NCBI RefSeq assembly: GCF_009914755.1
Contig: NC_060947.1
Length of the DNA stretch: 64,000 bases
Strand: one strand, 5' to 3'
Origin: the human T2T-CHM13v2.0 reference genome, Homo sapiens
Shown here: one piece after another, positions 55,993-64,000 of the stretch
Layout: every line of letters starts with the position of its first letter
Position numbering within the stretch: the stretch's first letter is position 1
Position numbers and translations under genes: made by a program
The notes under the pieces: generated by a model
Seen by the model: only the letters and a program-made list of their open reading frames with translations
Told to the model about the DNA's origin: nothing
Databases searched by the model: none

Positions 55993-58025
55993 CCAGGGTG
56001 TATATGTAAAAGTTGCATTGCTGGATCTGTGTATATGCAATCTCAGACTTTATTTGGTAAAATCAAGCTTTTCAAAATAGTTTTGCTCATTTGTATTCCC
56101 ACAAATATGAGAGTTTACATAATCTCACAAGGATAATATATACTTTAAACTCCAAAACTCCAGACAACATCTTGAAGTCTCCTTACAGGCAAAGTATGAT
56201 CTTTGAGAATGCTGGCCTATTAAAAAACACTTAATTACTTACAACAAAATTTTTTCACTTAATTAGATAGCGGTGAATGTTACGAATAGGTAACTATACA
56301 AAATGATGGATGACGTGCAATAATGTGAAATGAAGCATTGCTTTAGCACACCATTTTCTCTTTTAAAATCCTCAGCAAAATGACCAGAGATGCACAATGC
56401 AACTGCTTATTCCTCTTCTCCTTTGTGATTAATCTGTGGTTTGTCTTGGAGTCCCCCATTTTTGAAGAATAAAATGTCTCATCTTTTGTTCTCATAAAGC
56501 ATAGAAAACTTGCTCAAGAGGCTTATGTGCTTGCAACCATACAGAACAGTTTATGTTCCACCAGCTCCTTGGATGGCAATAAGTGTGGTTAAATGCCATT
56601 CTGTCTTTTAAAGAAATGCAAGCTCCACAACTACCAATACTGCACAGAAGTGTTTTCATGGTGCATATGGTGATGAGTGCATGCTTGCTAACTGCTCCCA
56701 GTGTGTGCACTGTCTTACAGACAACAGTGACCTGCAGGAACAACTGGGGTAACATGTCCTGATAGAATACATCTTGGAATAAGCACATAGGGATTGGCCT
56801 CCCTTTGCCCTCTTTTGTGGAAGTCCTCACTAATGTGTCAAGAGGAAACCATGTCCTACATGAGAGACCTCACAGACACCTGTGACACAATAGCAGATGG
56901 CAAGGCAGCAAGCTTTCCACATCCTAGTGACCCCAAAGCAAAGGACCCAACTGTGTGGGAGGTGGTTAATCTGGGCATCCTCTTGGGAAAGACCAATACC
57001 AAACAGTGTCTTCAGGACGGTCGAAAACAAGAAAACATGAGATTGCTCCCTGAGACATGATTTTTATGGATTCATTTGCTGTTAGGGATGGTATTCCATT
57101 TTAAGGCTTCTTTCTCTAGTTAGACTAGCTCTCTGAGGGTGAAACCAGGCCTCCTAGGCATTTGTCTCCTTCCAAGTGAATAGCCCAGCATGGGGCATGC
57201 CCTGAGGACTTGTCAGCACTGTCCAAAGCCAGGAAGTCAGATGGAACTCTTGGGTTGGGTCTGAGCAATGAAGTGCATACCTCCTAATTTTAAAGTGATC
57301 AGATTCAGAGAATGAGGCTTATAAAACAGTATTTTCCATATTACAATTAATTCTAGAGATAATAATAGAAATATTGTCCAAGGAAAGATTTGTTTAGGTG
57401 ACAGAAGGAAGAGTAAGGGTTACCTTTGAGGAATAAATATTACCTGAAAGAGGGTATGAGGGACTCTTCCGGGGTGCTGAGCATGTTCTACATCTTGATC
57501 TGGTTGGTAGTAACATGCCATTCACATATTAAAAACCTATCGAGCTGTATTTGTGCACATTCATATTTATGTACATTACTATATATGTTATTCCTCAATG
57601 AAAGTAATAACAAAAGACCTCATCATTTTTGCAGAAACGCACTAATATGAGAGTTAGTTACATTCACTGAATGGGGCTGAAAACTCAGCAACAAAGTCCT
57701 TCAGAAGAAAGTTCTGAAGTGTTTAACTTTTCTAAATATCTGAATGCCAATGATCTCATCTGACCACCACAACTTCCCTGTGATACAGCACACAGTAGTA
57801 ATAAATAGTGTTTATTGAGTAAGTACTATAAGCTAAGTGCTTAGTATCCAAAATCCTATTACATCCTCACAGCAATTCTATGAAGCCAATATTATTATTC
57901 TTTCCATTTTACAGATAAGGAGACTGAGATTAGGACAGAGTAAGTAACTTGTACATGGGCAGGAGCTGTGAGATGATAAATTCAGAACTTGCTCACAGGA
58001 CTATCCAATGTCAAAGCAGGTCCTC

Positions 58026-58399
58026 TGTATTACTCCATTCTTATTCTGCCATAAGAACATACCCGGACTCGGTGATTTATAAAAGAAAGAAGTTCAATTG
58101 ACTCACAGTTCCACATGGCTGGGGAGGCCTCAGGAAACTTACAATCATGGCAGAAGGGGAAGCAAACACTACCTTCTTCACATGGCATCAGCGAGGAGAA
58201 GTGCAGAGTGAAGTGGGGGAAAAGCCCCTTATAAGACCAACAGATCTTGTGAGAACTCACTATCACGAGAATACCAGCTTGGAGGTAACTGCCCCCATAA
58301 TTCAATTAATTCCCACTGGGTCCCTCCCACCACACATGGGGATTATGGGAACTACAATACAAGATGAGAGTGGGTGGGGAATATAACCCAACCATATCA
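58026..58399 (-). mobile_element. THE1 (THE1D-like) MaLR solo LTR, sense to ARHGAP6
   Basis: Minus strand starts TGATATGGTT and ends AATACA. Core gactcacagttccacatggctggggaggcctcaggaaacttacaatcatggcagaagg. Confidence 0.92.
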
Positions 58400-58473
58400 G
58401 GTGGTTTCAACTTGCATGCTTATTTTTATGACCCTCCACTACTGTACCACTGTGTGCAAACTGAGCATCTGGA

Positions 58474-58475
<2 letters not shown>

Positions 58476-58544
<69 letters not shown>
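58476..58544. repeat. (TG)34 perfect microsatellite
   Basis: Direct reading. Confidence 0.97.
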
Positions 58545-58546
<2 letters not shown>

Positions 58547-59023
58547 CCTGGTCCACAGGAAATACTCAGCAAGTATTGGCTGGTATTCTTAGCTATTATG
58601 GGTAAAGTTGCTTGGAGGTCAGTTAGCAGAGAAGTTGACTGAGTTTCTGGTCACCTGGCAGGAGTTGGCAGTCTTTCCGGAGTTGTAGCAGCATTTAACA
58701 CCTGAGAATTTCTGTTCACTTGAAACTTCTTCATTTGAAGGAGCTTTAGCACACAAATCAGAGACCTTCTGCCTAAGCATGTCCAGCCATCTTTAAAAAG
58801 GCTTCAGAGGTGGCTCATTGAAGGCTCTCAAAATCTATAACCGGTGATGAGGTACTGTTCCCATAACCCTAAATCTATCCATAGGACCCTGGTGTGATAA
58901 ATTAGATTCCTGGATGCATTTCCTCTCATCTACAGTCCCTGTCAGAGGATGGATAGTTACCTTTACAACACTAAAGAATACAGGTGTTTAAACAAATATG
59001 ATATTTGAAAGCTTATAAGAATT

Positions 59024-59296
59024 GGGTGGGCATGGTGGTTCACACCTGTAATCCCAGCACTTTGGGAGGCCCAGGCGGGCAGGTTATTTGAGGTCAGGAG
59101 TTCGAGACTAGCCTGGCCAACCTGGTGAAATCCCATCTCTATGAAAAATACAAAAATTTGCTGGGTGTGATTGTGGGCGCCTTTAATCCCAGCTACTCAG
59201 GAGACTGAGGCAGGAGAATCACAGGAAGCAGAGGTTGCAGTGAGCCAAGATTGTTCCACTGCACTCCAGCCTGGGTGACAGAGCAAGACTCCGTCT

Positions 59297-59327
<31 letters not shown>
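59024..59327 (+). mobile_element. AluS with long poly-A tail
   Basis: gggcatggtggttcacacctgtaatcccagcactttgggagg...gagcaagactccgtctc, then about 30 A. Confidence 0.93.
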
Positions 59328-59335
<8 letters not shown>

Positions 59336-59384
59336 TGAGTAAATGTGTGAACATATTATAATATGTAAACTTTCTCAATATAGA

Positions 59385-59612
59385 GTAAAAGTGGGAGGTC
59401 AGACTCTGGAAACAGACAGCCTTGTTCCAAATCTACTCCCTGACCCAAACCAAGATCAACCCTGCTATCTCACTGTGCCTCCATTACCCTCTCTGTGAAA
59501 TGGAGGATAATAACTGTACCTACCTAGTAGGCTTGTGATGAAGATTTAATGAATTCATTCATAAAGCACTTGGAACAGGTCTTGTCATGTGGCTAGCAAT
59601 CAATATATTTTT
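59385..59612 (+). mobile_element. MIR SINE
   Basis: cagactctggaaacagacagccttgttccaaatc...ctgtgcctcc...ctgtgaaatggaggataataactgtacctacc...aaagcacttggaacag. Confidence 0.65.
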
Positions 59613-60905
59613 ACTCAATAAATAGAATGCAAAACTTTGGGCTCCTGTTGATTTCCTCGCTCTGGATACTTCCCCCGGGATATACCAAATTGCTCTTCTA
59701 GGTGTAAACATTTCCAGAAACATTTCTGATAACTTTTCTAAATTAGGAATTTCCACATCAATGGCTTTCAGAGGTCATCCACATAACCCTGGCTTTACAC
59801 AAGGATATTGCAAGGATTTCACAGGGTTGAATTGTTTGAAAGAAATCAATTTCCAGAGTGCCATTTTTCTAACAAACTCAAACTGCTCTTTTCAGGGGAA
59901 CTCTTACTGTGATTCAGTCACGCCACAATAATCAATGCCGGCACAGAGGAAATCCAGTTCATCACATTCTCCAGCCACTTCCAATTCACCAATCTGGGAT
60001 TGCTTGAAGCTTAGATGGAGGCTGTTGTCCTCTGTAATAACATTAATAGCACCTCTTCACTCTCAAGGAGAGCCTGTTAAATTTTATGCTTAGGAGATTT
60101 TAGCAAGAACTCCCTAAGATCATACCCAGTTTTGTAAATGTTTACAGATGTTTTTCTGGGGCGACATCTAAAACTTTCACAAGGTTCTCAAGAGAGTCTA
60201 CTGGCCCAACAAGATTGAAGACCACTATTTTAAACAAACAGTGGACCCTTCTCCACACCAAGGCCAAACTCCTTCATTCTCTCATTTAGACCCTCACTCC
60301 TACATACTCAAACTTTGGTGTTTCCACTCAAGTCCTTCAGCCTACATCTACGCTCAAGTCTGAATCTTCATCTGTAAAATATCTTCCCTTTAGCAACCAC
60401 CCTACCTTCCTTCTGTTCTTCCTGGCTCTACTTCCTCAAACTCTAAGTACTTTTCTACCAATTATGGTCTGTTTTTTGCTCCTTGCCCTCCAGCAAGACC
60501 CTGATGATGCTCAGTGTCTAATGCAGTGTACACATTCTAACTCTGATATAAACTCTGTGTGTGTGTGCATGACTTGATATCATTTGGATAGCAATTTATG
60601 GCAGAAGCATCCTCTGGTCTGACTCTGAATCTTTTTACAATTGAGAACTGAAACTATTACTTGAAGCTCTTCCTTCCTTTGGACTTGATGATATCATTCA
60701 CTTTTTCTTTTCCTATCTCAGGGTCTTCTTTCTCAACCTGTTCTGTGGCTTCTCTTCTCCACGCAGCAATTCACTTTATAAATAATCTTGAAAGAATGAA
60801 TGGATGGGGATTGGTTTTGGTGAGACACTATTCCAAGCTTGGCTCTGCCTCTGACTGGCTGCCTGACTTTGAGCACCTCCCTGGGCCTGTCTGCATTCAG
60901 TCTCC

Positions 60906-61057
60906 TTGCCAATATCATGGGGAGACTGAGACGATAACATAATGACTGTCCAGCACAGAGTAGATGCTCAATAAATTAGTTGATCTTTCTCCCTGCAGGC
61001 AAATATTGTTCTCTTAATGACACCCAGTGTTTTGATGACCATTGTGATGTTGCAAAC
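60906..61057 (+). repeat. Copy 1 of a ~150-bp imperfect direct repeat
   Basis: ttgccaatatcatggggaga...tgtccagcacagagtagatgctcaa...gacacccagtgttttgatgacca...gcaaac. Confidence 0.92.
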
Positions 61058-61488
61058 TCTTAAACACATATCTGTTTGAGGTCTCTTTACAACTGGAGAC
61101 TTATTTTTCCCTTTGCTTACCAGGCATCTACATCTGAACCTCCCATGGGCACCCCAAAGGTCACAAGTATGGGTAGCCCTGTACCTGTCCTCTGAGACTT
61201 CCTTTTGCAGTCTCTCCAGCTACCTACTTAGTCTTCTGAACCAGCCACCTCAAAGTCGTTCTGTAAACCTTCCATTTGGTGGTTAAACCCTTCTCACATT
61301 TAATTGGTAAAAAACTCCTTTTGATTTGACCTTCCTCTTTGCTCTCACATCTCCATCTCCATGGACACTGCTACAGTCCAGACCTCCACTGTTTCCATGT
61401 GAGAGTGAACATTGATCTATAATGGTCTCCCAGCCTCTAGTCTCATCCTGTTTCATCTGGTAGTCCCCATTGCTGCAGAAAGTAGCAG

Positions 61489-61638
61489 TTGCCAATATCA
61501 TGGGGAGATTGGTATAATACGTTGAATGTCCAGCACAGAGTAGATGCTCAAGAAGTTAGTTGATCTTTCTCCCTGCAGGCGAATATTTTTTCTCTTATTG
61601 ACACCCAGTGTTTTGATGACCACCGTGATGTGGCAAAC
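61489..61638 (+). repeat. Copy 2 of a ~150-bp imperfect direct repeat
   Basis: Same blocks in the same order as 60906-61057. Confidence 0.92.
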
Positions 61639-61730
61639 CTCCTAGGAGGTGTTGCATCACCTTCCTAGAAAGTACCTCTTTACTTCTTTCCCATATGTAA
61701 AATCTTTCAGTTACTCTCCATTATCTAGAG

Positions 61731-61941
61731 CAAGGTTGCTCACCCTAGCACTGTCAACATTTGGGGCAGAGTCTTTGCCGTGGGGACTGTCCTGTACAGT
61801 GTAGGATGCTTAGTGGATCCCTGGTCTCCACCTACCAGATGCCAGTAGCCTGCCCCCTTCTCCAGTTGTAACAGCAAAATATAGACCTTGCCAAATATCC
61901 CAGGGAGGGGGCACAAAGTTGCCCCCAGTTGAGAACAACTG
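61731..61941 (-). mobile_element. MER20 MITE, full length
   Basis: caaggttgctcaccctagcactgtcaacatttgggg...ggactgtcctgtacagtgtaggatg...ccagttgagaacaactg. Confidence 0.85.
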
Positions 61942-63683
61942 ACCTGCAAAAATAAAACCTATATTCTCTCTTGGCTTATGATATACCTCAATATATTGTA
62001 CCCAAATATCTTCAACTTAATCTCCTGAAACTATAACTCACACAGACCCTGAAATCTCTTATAGTTCTACAAAAAGTTTATTCTTTCCAAGTATACCCCA
62101 CCTTTTATGACTCCCAGACTAAAGTGCCCCATTTTTCTACTTTTTGTCCCAATTTTCTACTGGAGTACCTTTTTGTTCTTATCCTTCCAAACTAATCTCA
62201 GATAATTTCTCCTGTTGTAAAGTCTTCCCTATCTATACTATAAATAATTTGTCCTTCTTCCTTATGGATCCTACATCACTTGCCATCTATTATAGGACTT
62301 GTCACTGTAATTTCTTCCTTTCACAAATGTATTTTACCCTGACCACTACTACCATCTACTTATAACTTTTTGAGTTTAGAAAAGAGATTCTATATATTTA
62401 GCATGTAGTACAATGCCCAACACATACTAGGAGTATTGACAGCTATTAGATAGACGAATAAGGGAATGACTAATGACTGAATGAGTGAATGAATGACGTC
62501 ACATGCTTCTCTCCCCGGCATGGAAATGTGTTGCATGTTCTGCATGCAGAGTGAGTTGCTGGCTTCATGTCAAGGGGGAATCGTCCTTTAAGAAAAGGAT
62601 CTGAGCTGCTGTTCTCCATGTTACCTGAAATCCCACCTCTTCCTGAAACTTGCTCTATTGAGACTTGAGTTTCAACTTGATGCTAGAGACAGTTGTTTAA
62701 ATTTATTTTTTATTCATTGATGATTGCAACTGTAATGTCCCAGTCATAAAAATAACCTTATATTCAATAAATCCCACTCAGAAATATTCTGCATGGGGCT
62801 CTGCTTAGCATATTGATGTGAAATTTATACCCAAGTCTATTTTGGAAAACATCAAATTAAACTTGTAAGTATAAAGGAAATAAGAGTGCCCTTGACCTCC
62901 CAAGATTTAGATGATCAGCAGTTTTTAAATTACATTTCTTAAAAGCAAACTTTGATTTTTAAAGCACTGGGCACGAGGCTGTAATCAAAGGCACTGATGA
63001 TATTTAGATGATTTAGAAGAGCACAAGCTGATCTGCCAACATTCAGCTTGCAGGATACATTTATCTTCCGTTAGTAGTATGAAACACCTTTGTTTTTATA
63101 TTGATTATATTACTTTAGAAAATTATAGGTTTTGCCTTGTTATATTACTTACAGTCAAAATAAATGATTATGGATAATTATAATTACAAGAAGCAGCTCA
63201 TTAAAAGGGGCTGGTTTTATTGAGGCTCTGCTTTATTTCTACTGGAATAATTTTAGGCACACAGCAGCATATCAAATAGGATGCATCAGAGGATGATTTT
63301 AGGAACTTAGTTCAAAAGCCCTCTCAGGATTTTGCATACATTTTAAATAATATTCAGCTAAACACGTAATCACATGTTTCTCATGTATTTCCAAAAATCC
63401 CATATGGTTAGAAATGCCTGCCAGGTTTCTCTGTTTTGATAAACAGAATGACATTTAATTAAACAGTCCTGAAAAATACCTTCTTTCTTGACTTTATACT
63501 CAGGAGAGTTAATAAAGTCCCCATTTCAGATGATGAAATAATACATTTCCTGCCCCTATTCTGGTTTTCTGCCTCAAATGTCTTCCTGGAGAGACTCCAC
63601 ATATGCCAGCCTTCTCAAGAGTATTAAACCAAGGGTAGATGGTAGCTAGTGTTCTTTGATCTCACTGTACTCGTTGTTATTCA

Positions 63684-63825
63684 TTTTTTTCTTCTTCTTT
63701 TTTTTTTTAGATATGGGGGTCTCACTATGTTGGCCAGGTTGGTCTTGAACTCCTGGCCTCAAGCAATCCTCCCACCTCAGCCTCCAAAGTGTTAGGATTA
63801 CAGGTGTGAGTCATCACACCTGGCC
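63684..63825 (-). mobile_element. Alu left monomer (FLAM-like)
   Basis: T-rich tail, then ggggtctcactatgttggccaggttggtcttgaactcctggcctcaagcaatcctcccacctc...cacacctggcc. Confidence 0.88.
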
Positions 63826-64000
63826 TGGTTGGTATTGATTTTTAAAAAGTGATTTGTTATTTGTTGTCCATGAAACTTGGTGTGCTCTAAATTGTTTGTT
63901 TGTTTCACTACATGACATTCCATATACTTACCATCAATTCCAATTAATAGGAATTCCAATAGAATGGCTGAAACAAATTGAGTAGAACAATTACTAACCC

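Overview
Human (primate) genomic DNA covering the middle of the minus-strand gene ARHGAP6 (Rho GTPase-activating protein 6; Xp22 by recall). Nine coding exons (exons 3-11 in the usual numbering) can be read with canonical GT-AG boundaries and consistent phases (72, 257, 196, 56, 151, 149, 180, 98 and 269 nt). They encode the whole RhoGAP domain, including the GIFRVGSS arginine-finger motif. Two C-terminal truncating routes are visible: a 90-nt stop-containing cassette exon at 5108-5197, and read-through of the exon 11 donor to a stop at 336-338 followed by AATAAA. The rest is AT-rich, CpG-poor intron filled with Alus, L1/L2/MIR fragments, MaLR LTRs (a sense-oriented THE1 solo LTR), hAT and Tigger DNA-transposon fossils and microsatellites. 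I found no evidence of a wholly new biological system. The best leads are isoform/regulatory features, a 150-bp templated local duplication, an octamer-studded TA repeat and an Alu-tail-derived GGAA/GAAA microsatellite. Repeat subfamily names and exon numbers are from recognition, not from a database search.
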